Source of the DNA: an uncultured Desulfovibrionaceae bacterium
GTDB lineage: Bacteria > Desulfobacterota > Desulfovibrionia > Desulfovibrionales > Desulfovibrionaceae
DNA length: 64,000 nt
Reading direction: 5' to 3'
Assembly (NCBI GenBank): GCA_964371225.1
Contig: CAYJNA010000001.1
Location: 1,582-65,581, forward strand
A model generated the notes under the pieces. The model worked only from the letters and a program-made list of their open reading frames with translations, was not told the DNA's origin and ran no database searches. Positions within the stretch are counted from its first letter, which is position 1, and each line of letters opens with the position of its first letter. The translations under genes and the position numbers were made by a program. Shown one piece after another: positions 56,223 to 64,000 of the stretch.

Positions 56223-57254
56223 ATGCCCCCTACCCCACATGCCTCAAAAGGCTCCCTAGTTCTGGCTCTTGGCCTGCGCATCATGCGTAAATTGCTTTGG
56301 ATGCTTATAGTACTTTGGGGGATTACCATCATCAGCTTTGTGGTCATACACTTGGCACCTGGCTCTCCAACAGATTTGGAAACCACGCTTAATCCCTTGG
56401 TGGGCGATGCTGCACGGCAAAGACTTGAGGCACTCTACGGCCTTGATAAACCGCTTTATGAGCAATATGGCAATTGGCTTTGGCGTATATTGCAATTGGA
56501 CTTTGGCAATTCCATGTCCAGCGACGCAAGACCTGTTCTTGATAAAATTATGGAACGACTGCCACTCACTGTAGGTATGAATGTAGCTGCCTTATTCTTA
56601 ACCCTATGCATTGCCATACCCATGGGAGTGCTTTCAGCGTGGAAGCAAAACTCATGGCTAGATAAAGGTATTACCATCCTTGTTTTTCTGGCCTTTGCCA
56701 TGCCGGGCTTTTGGCTTGCCCTTTTGCTCATGCTGTACTTTGGCATTGAAAATACTTGGCTACCCATATCTGGCCTCACTTCCTTAGATTATAATCAACT
56801 AAGCCTTTGGGGAAAAATAAAAGATATAAGCGCGCACCTTATTTTACCCATTACCATTTATACTGTGGGTGCCATTGCCGGCATGTCGCGCTTTATGCGT
56901 TCTTCCATGCTGGAAGTTTTACGTCAAGATTATATCCTTACAGCACAAGCCAAAGGGCTTCCTACGCATCGTGTCATATTTCACCATGCTTTACGCAATG
57001 CCCTTTTACCTCTCATTACTTTATTAGGTCTTTCCATTCCGGGGCTTATAGGTGGTTCTGTTATCATTGAATCTATCTTTGCTCTACCCGGCCTTGGACA
57101 GCTTTTTTACGCCGCCGTTATGGCACGAGATTATACCATGATTATGGGTAATCTCGTCATAGGTGCCGTGCTTACCCTCTTAGGTAATGTGCTGGCTGAT
57201 GTATGTTATGGCCTTGCAGACCCGCGTATACGCAGTGCTAAGGAGGCAGCCTAA
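56223..57254 (+). CDS. ABC peptide/nickel-type transporter permease (DppB/OppB-like)
   Basis: The track ORF from 56139 overlaps the previous gene, so I prefer ATG 56223 (AAGGA 6 nt upstream; 56217 also possible). [15 protein letters not shown]-terminus and the EAA-loop region are typical. Confidence 0.8.
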   Translation: MPPTPHASKGSLVLALGLRIMRKLLWMLIVLWGITIISFVVIHLAPGSPTDLETTLNPLVGDAARQRLEALYGLDKPLYEQYGNWLWRILQLDFGNSMSSDARPVLDKIMERLPLTVGMNVAALFLTLCIAIPMGVLSAWKQNSWLDKGITILVFLAFAMPGFWLALLLMLYFGIENTWLPISGLTSLDYNQLSLWGKIKDISAHLILPITIYTVGAIAGMSRFMRSSMLEVLRQDYILTAQAKGLPTHRVIFHHALRNALLPLITLLGLSIPGLIGGSVIIESIFALPGLGQLFYAAVMARDYTMIMGNLVIGAVLTLLGNVLADVCYGLADPRIRSAKEAA

Positions 57255-58090
57255 TGCATACACGTTTTCCATTTCTTTTTAAAAAGTATTTCATGTTTTC
57301 CTTAGGGCTTCTCATTGTACTTTGCATGTCATTGGCGGCTATTTTGGCGCCTTGGCTTGCCCCCTATGACCCCAATGCCTTACATCTTGATGCCATATTG
57401 CTTCCTCCTTGCGAAGCTTTTCCCCTTGGAACAGATCAGTTGGGACGTGACGTTCTCTCACGTTTACTCTTTGGCGGGCGTATTTCCCTCTGGGTAGGCT
57501 TTGTGGCTGTGGGAATTTCAGTCAGTATCGGCCTTGTTTTCGGTCTTATATCGGGCTATTTTGGCGGCCTTGTGGATGAAGCCATCATGCGCGGCGTAGA
57601 TATTATGCTGTGTTTTCCTTCTTTTTTTCTTATCTTAGCTGTCATTGCTTTTTTAGAACCTAGCCTCACTAATATTATGGTGGTTATCGGCTTCACCTCA
57701 TGGATGGGTGTAGCACGCCTTGTACGCGCCGAAACCCTTACCTTGCGCCAAAGAGATTTTGTGGCAGCAGCATTACTCAATGGCGCTTCCAGTGCGCGTA
57801 TTTTACGCGTGCATATTCTCCCCAATGCTTTGAGCCCTGTACTTGTTTCCGCCACCCTTGGCATTGCCGGTGCCATTTTGGTAGAATCTTCCTTAAGCTT
57901 TTTAGGACTTGGCGTACAACCGCCCACTGCTTCTTGGGGAAATATGCTTCTTGAAGGAAAAAATGTTTTAGAAATAGCACCTTGGCTTTCATTATATCCC
58001 GGTTTAGCCATTTTGCTCACCGTGCTTGGCTATAACCTTCTTGGAGAAAGTTTGCGTGATATGCTTGACCCAAGACTACGTAACAAATAA
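57254..58090 (+). CDS. ABC peptide/nickel-type transporter permease (DppC/OppC-like)
   Basis: 278 aa. PLGTDQLGRDVLSRLLFGGRISL motif typical of DppC/OppC. 1-nt overlap with the upstream permease. Confidence 0.85.
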   Translation: MHTRFPFLFKKYFMFSLGLLIVLCMSLAAILAPWLAPYDPNALHLDAILLPPCEAFPLGTDQLGRDVLSRLLFGGRISLWVGFVAVGISVSIGLVFGLISGYFGGLVDEAIMRGVDIMLCFPSFFLILAVIAFLEPSLTNIMVVIGFTSWMGVARLVRAETLTLRQRDFVAAALLNGASSARILRVHILPNALSPVLVSATLGIAGAILVESSLSFLGLGVQPPTASWGNMLLEGKNVLEIAPWLSLYPGLAILLTVLGYNLLGESLRDMLDPRLRNK

Positions 58091-58105
58091 TATTTAGGGA
58101 TAGTT

Positions 58106-59680
58106 ATGTTAGAATTTTTGCGTATACAGGGTCTTGCACTTATTGAAAACATGGAACTTGAGTTTACTTCAGGTATGAATGTGCTCACAGGGGAAACCGG
58201 TGCAGGAAAAAGCTTTATTTTGAAAGCCTTAAATTTTTTATTGGGTGAAAAAATGAATGCTGAACTGGTGCGCTCCGGCTGTGAAAAAGCACAAGTAGAA
58301 GCCATTTTTTTATACCAAGGCCAAGAACTAGTTATGCGACGTGAGCTCATGGCCGAAAGCGGACGTAGCCGTCTATATATTAATGATAGCTTAAGCTCTC
58401 AAGAAACAGCGCGAGACCTACGCCCTCAGCTCATTGTACATACTAGCCAGCATGCACAACACAAGCTTTTGCAAGCCAGTTATCAAGCGCAGCTCATTGA
58501 TGAAAGCTTGCCGGACACAACGCTTTTACAAAAACGCTCTGCCCTTTTACAAGAGCTCCAAGCCGTGTCTGAAAAGCGTAAAGCCCTGCAAGCACGTCAT
58601 GCCAGTCTTTCAGAAAAGCGCGATTTATTAGAAATGCAACAACATGAAATTGATAAAGTGGCACCACAAGAAGGTGAAGAAGATCAGTTAGAAAGCCTAC
58701 GCACCGAAGCTAGACAAGCTTCACAACGCGCCGCAGACTTTGCCGAAGCTTTAGAGCTTATTTATGGAGATGATGGCCCCGGCTTGCGGGATATATTACA
58801 TCAATTAGAACATGCCTTAGGCCGTATTGCTCAGTATGATGCTGGTATTCATGCTGAATTAGAAGCAGTTACAGCCTTAAGAGAAAATCTCCCTAGCTTG
58901 GAATCACGTTTGCGTAAAGCACCGGAAGTCGCCTCCGTTGATATGGATGCTTTAGAATCTCGACTTTATGCTTTAGCACAGCTTAAGCGTAAATTACGCC
59001 GTTCTTTGGAAGAAATACTTGAATTACGCACTGAAATTGATGAAAATATATCCTTTTTAGATTCTTGCTCCCTAGATATGTCTTTGTTGGAAAAAGAAGA
59101 GCAGGTTCTTGCACAAAAACTTCAAGCTTTACTTAAAGCACTTATCCCCTTACGCCATAAAAGCGCTCAAGAATTTTCCCAAAAATTGGAAAAAGCTTTA
59201 TCAGGGCTTGGTTTTTCTAAGGATGTACACGTTATAGTAGATTTTGTGCCTGTAAAACTTTGGGGTGACATTTATGATGAAAAAGCTCGCCTCCTTTGGG
59301 CGCCAAACCCTGGGCAAGCACCACAACCCTTAGATAAAATTGCCTCCGGCGGTGAACTCTCACGTTTTCTTTTGGCGCTTGTAAGCATAAAGAGCGGTGG
59401 AGAAAGTGCTACCTATATTTTTGACGAAGTGGATACAGGCATTGGCGGTCTTACACTTAATATGGTGGCAGAGCGCTTACAAAATCTTGCGCAACAGCGC
59501 CAAATGCTTCTCATTACGCACTGGCCACAATTGGCAGCGCAAGGCTCTCGTCACTTTCGTATAGTAAAACAAGAAGAAGCCGGTAAAACCTTCACCACGT
59601 GTACCCAGCTAGATGCCATAGAAAGACAAAAGGAATTGGTGCGTATGGCTGGAGGTGCTGAAAGTATTTTAACGGTATAA
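58106..59680 (+). CDS. recN: DNA repair protein RecN
   Basis: 524 aa. N-terminal Walker A GETGAGKS, long coiled coil, C-terminal SGGELSRFLLAL signature and FDEVD Walker B. Confidence 0.9.
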   Translation: MLEFLRIQGLALIENMELEFTSGMNVLTGETGAGKSFILKALNFLLGEKMNAELVRSGCEKAQVEAIFLYQGQELVMRRELMAESGRSRLYINDSLSSQETARDLRPQLIVHTSQHAQHKLLQASYQAQLIDESLPDTTLLQKRSALLQELQAVSEKRKALQARHASLSEKRDLLEMQQHEIDKVAPQEGEEDQLESLRTEARQASQRAADFAEALELIYGDDGPGLRDILHQLEHALGRIAQYDAGIHAELEAVTALRENLPSLESRLRKAPEVASVDMDALESRLYALAQLKRKLRRSLEEILELRTEIDENISFLDSCSLDMSLLEKEEQVLAQKLQALLKALIPLRHKSAQEFSQKLEKALSGLGFSKDVHVIVDFVPVKLWGDIYDEKARLLWAPNPGQAPQPLDKIASGGELSRFLLALVSIKSGGESATYIFDEVDTGIGGLTLNMVAERLQNLAQQRQMLLITHWPQLAAQGSRHFRIVKQEEAGKTFTTCTQLDAIERQKELVRMAGGAESILTV

Positions 59681-59731
59681 TGCTGTTATTTAAATACATT
59701 TTTTAACCACTTTACCCTACTGTGAGTTCTC

Positions 59732-61387
59732 ATGCATCACGATCCTTATTATTATCCTTACCCTTCACGACGTAATGTTATTTTTGGCACTCAAGGCATG
59801 GTGGCCACTTCACAACCTTTGGCGGCTCAAGCAGGCTTACGCATCTTACAGCAAGGTGGGAATGCTGTAGACGCTGCCGTGGCCTCTGCGGCTTGCTTAA
59901 GTGTGGTGGAACCCACATGTAATGGTATAGGTGGTGATGCTTTTGCCATAATTTGGATGAAAGAAGAACTCATAGGCTTGCAATCCAGTGGGCGTTCTCC
60001 ACAACTCCTTACGTATGACAAAGTAAAAAAAGCTGGACATGACACCATGCCCTTTGATGGACTTATTCCCATTACGGTGCCGGGGATTCCCGCCGCCTGG
60101 GCGGCTTTAAATACCCGCTTTGGCAAACTTTCTTTAGAGCAATGTCTCACCCCTGCCATTGAATATGCCGAAAAAGGTTTTGCCGTGGCGCCCATTACAG
60201 CCGAACTTTGGCAAAAGGCTCATAATCATTACACCAAAGCTTTTCCCAAGCACCCTGCTTTACGGCACTTTTTTGATACCTTTACCCAAGATGGCAAATG
60301 CCCTCACGCTGGTTCCTTATGGCGTTTGCCACAACAAGCCACTACATTAAAAAGCATTGCCCAAACGCAAGCTAAAGCATTTTATAACGGTGCATTAGCT
60401 GAAAAAATAGATGCTTTCATGCAAAAGGAAGGTGGCTATTTGCGCGGGGAAGACTTGGCAGCTTTTGCACCACAATGGGTGACTCCCATCAGCGTAGATT
60501 ATCGCGGTTATAAGGTATGGGAATTACCTCCCAATGGACATGGCATTGTGTCCCTTATGGCCTTGCAAATACTTTCTCATTTTGACATGGGTGCAGCGGA
60601 CAATCCTGATACTTTACATACTCTTATTGAAGCTACAAAATTAGCTTTTGTGGATGGCCTTGCCCACATTGCAGACCCAGACCATATGCGTGTTAGCGTA
60701 GAAGAGCTTTTGCATAAAGATTTTGCCGCCATGCGTGCTTCCCTTGTGGGGAAGAAAGCTCTTGAGCCCTGCCCCGTTACACCACATCGTGGCGGCACAG
60801 TGTATTTAGCCACTGCCGATGGTGAAGGCAATATGGTATCCTATATTCAAAGCAATTACACAGGCTTTGGATCGGGCGTTATTATACCTGATACAGGTAT
60901 AGCCTTACAAAACCGTGGAGCTTGTTTTAGCATGGACGCTACACACCCCAATGCTGTGGCAGCGGCAAAACTCCCCTACCATACTATTATTCCAGGATTT
61001 ATAACAAAATCCTCCGCCAAAAACACACAAGAAAATGCCTTTGGCCCCTTTGGCCCTTTTGGAATGATGGGCGGTTTCATTCAGCCTCAAGGGCACATTA
61101 TGCTTGCGCACCGCATGATAGACCAAGCACTCAACCCCCAAGCCGCTCTTGATGCCCCGCGTTTTCGCTGGACACAAGGGCGCACAGTGGAAGTGGAAGC
61201 TCAATTCCCAAAAGCCATGGCCGAAGCCTTACAACGCAAGGGTCATGACATTCGGTATGGTTCTGTAAGTGATAGAGATTTTGGTCGCGGGCAATGCATT
61301 TGGCAAAAAACTCCTTGCCAAGAAAATACCCCTCTTTTCATGGGTGCCACTGAACCGCGCACCGACGGACATGTAGCCACTTTTTAA
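59732..61387 (+). CDS. ggt: Gamma-glutamyltransferase
   Basis: 551 aa. Ntn-hydrolase autoprocessing site (GGTVYLATAD) and family-wide conservation. No obvious signal peptide. Confidence 0.9.
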   Translation: MHHDPYYYPYPSRRNVIFGTQGMVATSQPLAAQAGLRILQQGGNAVDAAVASAACLSVVEPTCNGIGGDAFAIIWMKEELIGLQSSGRSPQLLTYDKVKKAGHDTMPFDGLIPITVPGIPAAWAALNTRFGKLSLEQCLTPAIEYAEKGFAVAPITAELWQKAHNHYTKAFPKHPALRHFFDTFTQDGKCPHAGSLWRLPQQATTLKSIAQTQAKAFYNGALAEKIDAFMQKEGGYLRGEDLAAFAPQWVTPISVDYRGYKVWELPPNGHGIVSLMALQILSHFDMGAADNPDTLHTLIEATKLAFVDGLAHIADPDHMRVSVEELLHKDFAAMRASLVGKKALEPCPVTPHRGGTVYLATADGEGNMVSYIQSNYTGFGSGVIIPDTGIALQNRGACFSMDATHPNAVAAAKLPYHTIIPGFITKSSAKNTQENAFGPFGPFGMMGGFIQPQGHIMLAHRMIDQALNPQAALDAPRFRWTQGRTVEVEAQFPKAMAEALQRKGHDIRYGSVSDRDFGRGQCIWQKTPCQENTPLFMGATEPRTDGHVATF

Positions 61388-61475
61388 ACCCTTACTTTAA
61401 CAAAAGAGGCATTTTCTGCCGTCTCTTCTCTATGTCTCTTTTGTTAACAGTATAAAATTATTTATTTTTCAACTT

Positions 61476-61490
61476 TGGAACACTCTTTGA
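61476..61490 (+). promoter_or_regulatory. Possible sigma54-type promoter upstream of fliK
   Basis: TGGAAC-N5-TTGA fits the -24 GG and the spacing, but the -12 element is GA rather than GC. It lies about 30 nt upstream of the fliK start. Confidence 0.3.
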
Positions 61491-61518
61491 ATAGCATCAT
61501 GCACAAGGAGTGTTTACT

Positions 61519-63273
61519 ATGCAAATTCTGCCCACTACATCCAACAGTATTTTATCTCTTACAGAAAGCTATTTCATCGGTGCCGACTTTCAAGGTGCAG
61601 CTGGCGAAAGCTTTGCTGAAGAATTGTATCGTCAACAAATGGCGCGTGACGCCGTTTCTGCTGATGAGATACATTCTGTGCAAGTGGCTCTTGAGAGTAC
61701 GCCGCAAGTAAACCCTTTAAGTCAAGCTCCGTATAACTTAACTTCTGATAATGGCGTAACTTATACCACAGAAGAAGTGATCTTCACCCAACAAGAAATT
61801 GAAGATCTTGAGCGTGATTTACGCCGTCAAGGTGCCCCCGCAGAAAGCCTTGAAGAGCTTAATAAGCTGGCTGAGCAGCCCGGTGGTTCTACACTGGGTG
61901 AAGTCATGATTGCTTTGCAAAACCAACGTGACTACCCCTTGTTAAGCACAGATGAATCAGAAACCTTAAAAAGACTCACTGCCAAAATAGACAGTACTGG
62001 TACTCTTTACAGTACACTTATGGGACACTTGAGTAATAGAAATGGTAAAGAAGCTTTAGACGCCTTGGTGCAAGGCATGAGTAATCTTAATGGTGGCAGC
62101 ACCATCTTTACTAAAGAAGAGCTCAGCGTCTTAACCAAATCTATGGGTATTTCTGAAGATGCCACAAATAAAATTCTTGGGACTTTTGGTTCCGCCAAAG
62201 CTTTAAAGCTCAATCAAGCAGAATTAGCCACAGTGCTTGCCCCTGCCGTTAATGATTTTGCCACCGAAGCCAGCAACCTGAAAAAATTAGGGACAGCCGT
62301 AGATAAGGTTCTTGATCCATTACTGCAAGAAGCTAAAGAGCGTATGGCTGCTGAAAAGACCGCCACAGAACTTTCTTCACGTAAGAGTGAGCAAAGCAAA
62401 GTCATGATTGAAAAGACTGTGCTTGAAAATGTCAACTCTACTTTGGAAGGCACGCGTACGTCACAATTGGACGCGCAGCTAGAAAAACAACAAGAAGATG
62501 CCAAGCTTACCAAGGATACGCTAGACCTTAAACTTGCTGGCAACAAAGATTTTTCTCAAGATCAATCACAAGATAATGCCAAGGACGCCTTTACCAATAA
62601 CGAGAGTAAAAGCGATGCTTGGTCACAGCTTATGGATAAAACCTCTGTGCGCACAAGCGATACAGCAGCCATAGCCGCCACAACTAAAAATATTACAACG
62701 CCTGTCATTGGTATTGGTGGTCTTGCCAGTACTAACGCACAACTGGCGCAAAATTTAGCCAATAGCCAACAAGCCCAACGTGCGAACTTAGCCTCTCAAG
62801 CTGCAGCCCAAGTGGAAAAAGCCATGCTCAGTGCTGCCAGAGATGGTAGCAAAAGTCTTGAACTACAACTACACCCCGCAGAATTGGGAACCCTTAGCAT
62901 CACTCTTACAGCTCGTAATGGTGAAGTAAGCGCACTCTTACGTTCTGAACGCCCTGAAACAGCAGAAATGCTTCAGAAGCAAATGGATCAAATACGCGCC
63001 CATTTAGAAGAGCAAGGCATTAAGATTGATAAAATAGAAGTGCGCCAAGGTTCGCAGGAAAATACTGCTTCCCACGACATGTGGAATGGTATGAATGAGC
63101 ATAATGCACGACAGGAAGAAAATGCCCAAAGAGAGATGTTAGACCGTTTACGCAACCTTGGAAAAGTTCGAAATAATGGAGTAAATTCCCAAGAAACAGC
63201 TTTGGAACACAATATGCATAATATGGATAGTTCGGCAAGAAATGCCGCACAAACATTATATGTGGTAGCCTAA
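61519..63273 (+). CDS. fliK: Flagellar hook-length control protein FliK
   Basis: Start moved to ATG 61519 (AAGGAG 8 nt upstream). Q/S/T/A-rich central region. The C-terminal Flg_hook domain pattern is LELQLHPAELGTLSITLTARNGEVSALLRSERPETAEML. flgD follows. Confidence 0.8.
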   Translation: MQILPTTSNSILSLTESYFIGADFQGAAGESFAEELYRQQMARDAVSADEIHSVQVALESTPQVNPLSQAPYNLTSDNGVTYTTEEVIFTQQEIEDLERDLRRQGAPAESLEELNKLAEQPGGSTLGEVMIALQNQRDYPLLSTDESETLKRLTAKIDSTGTLYSTLMGHLSNRNGKEALDALVQGMSNLNGGSTIFTKEELSVLTKSMGISEDATNKILGTFGSAKALKLNQAELATVLAPAVNDFATEASNLKKLGTAVDKVLDPLLQEAKERMAAEKTATELSSRKSEQSKVMIEKTVLENVNSTLEGTRTSQLDAQLEKQQEDAKLTKDTLDLKLAGNKDFSQDQSQDNAKDAFTNNESKSDAWSQLMDKTSVRTSDTAAIAATTKNITTPVIGIGGLASTNAQLAQNLANSQQAQRANLASQAAAQVEKAMLSAARDGSKSLELQLHPAELGTLSITLTARNGEVSALLRSERPETAEMLQKQMDQIRAHLEEQGIKIDKIEVRQGSQENTASHDMWNGMNEHNARQEENAQREMLDRLRNLGKVRNNGVNSQETALEHNMHNMDSSARNAAQTLYVVA

Positions 63274-63298
63274 GAGCTCATAAAAAGGGAGAAGCATC

Positions 63299-64000
63299 AT
63301 GTCAGCCGTATCATCCACAGGTTCAGCCGTAAGTAGCGCTATTACAACACAAACCGGTAGTAGCACTCTTGATAGAGAAGCTTTCATGCTTTTACTTGTG
63401 ACACAATTCCAATATCAAGATCCATTGAATCCCATGGAAGATAAGGAATTTATCGCACAGCTGGCGCAATTCTCCAGTCTTGAACAAATGATGAATATGA
63501 ATGAGAGCATGACTTCTCTTACTGCTGCCACCAAGAGTCAAGAAATGGTAAATGCCACTTCTTATATTGGTAAGACAGTAGACGTCTCAGGCTCCACCAT
63601 TAGCAAGGAAACCAACGCCACCACTGAAGAGACCACCGTATCCAGATTACGTTACGCCATTGGTCAAAACTCAGTGAAGGGGCAGCTTAACATCTTTGAT
63701 TCTAGTAATAATATGGTAAACAGCATCGCCCTTCCTGCACAAAGCGCCGGTACTCATGAATATATTTGGGACGGAACAGTGTTTGGCGGTGCAGAAGCTG
63801 CTGACGGTGTTTATAGAATTGTTCCCACTTTCTACAATGCCGATGGTGATACCATTATTGATTATGATACCGTGGTGGATGGTGTTGTATCAGGCGTTAT
63901 CAATGACGGCGGTGTTGCTTACTTAGCTCTTTCTGACGGGCGTACCACCCCACTTTCAGAAGTACGTCGTGTATCAGTCCCCACCGTGGTGGATGTTCCT
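63299..64000 (+). CDS. flgD: Flagellar hook assembly/capping protein FlgD (partial; runs off the right edge)
   Basis: Not in the track because no stop lies in the window. ATG 63299 with GGGAGAAG upstream. Hand translation MSAVSS...LDREAFMLLLVTQFQYQDPLNPMEDKEFIAQLAQFSSLEQM is the FlgD signature. Confidence 0.85.
   Translation, partial: MSAVSSTGSAVSSAITTQTGSSTLDREAFMLLLVTQFQYQDPLNPMEDKEFIAQLAQFSSLEQMMNMNESMTSLTAATKSQEMVNATSYIGKTVDVSGSTISKETNATTEETTVSRLRYAIGQNSVKGQLNIFDSSNNMVNSIALPAQSAGTHEYIWDGTVFGGAEAADGVYRIVPTFYNADGDTIIDYDTVVDGVVSGVINDGGVAYLALSDGRTTPLSEVRRVSVPTVVDVP

Noticed and set aside
61399-61449. 12-bp inverted repeat TTAACAAAAGAG..CTCTTTTGTTAA after ggt
   Set aside because: The 27-nt loop and lack of a clean U-tract make an intrinsic terminator uncertain. 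It could be one, or an operator in front of fliK, but the evidence is insufficient for a feature call.

Overview
64-kb chromosomal window, moderately AT-rich by eye and densely coded on both strands. No transposase, integrase, CRISPR array or rRNA was seen. Gene content suggests a flagellated, anaerobic, selenocysteine-using Desulfovibrionales-like bacterium; this taxon call is inference only. Supporting genes are dmsABC-type molybdoenzyme, a Dcr-like MCP, hemA next to sirC and a ccsA-like gene, fliK-flgD, tRNA-Sec and a SelW-like selenoprotein. Housekeeping blocks are ispG-proS-xseA-xseB-ispA-dxs, tilS, hemA, recN, ggt, degP, rluB and ubiX. The standout is a roughly 18-kb accessory region on the minus strand (30238..48602). 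It holds a tightly coupled eight-gene operon: glycine-zipper lipoprotein, membrane-anchored trypsin-like protease, SrfA-position protein, SrfB-like actin/Hsp70-fold ATPase, SrfC-like dynamin-type GTPase, Sel1-repeat bitopic protein, SBP-like protein and periplasmic vWA protein. A strong hairpin ends this operon, and an ABC-ATPase / FtsX-permease / FGE(SUMF1)-domain operon follows directly. I know of no characterised function for this extended architecture, so it is my best candidate for an undescribed system. Other items are a UGA-containing SelW/Rdx-like gene missed by the ORF track (3716..3943, with a SECIS-like hairpin), tRNA-Sec (9990..10083) and an RdgC homologue split by one in-frame TAA. 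A 760-bp gene-free region also carries a perfect 22-bp AT palindrome. All family assignments come from reading the translations and from remembered motifs. No database search was run.
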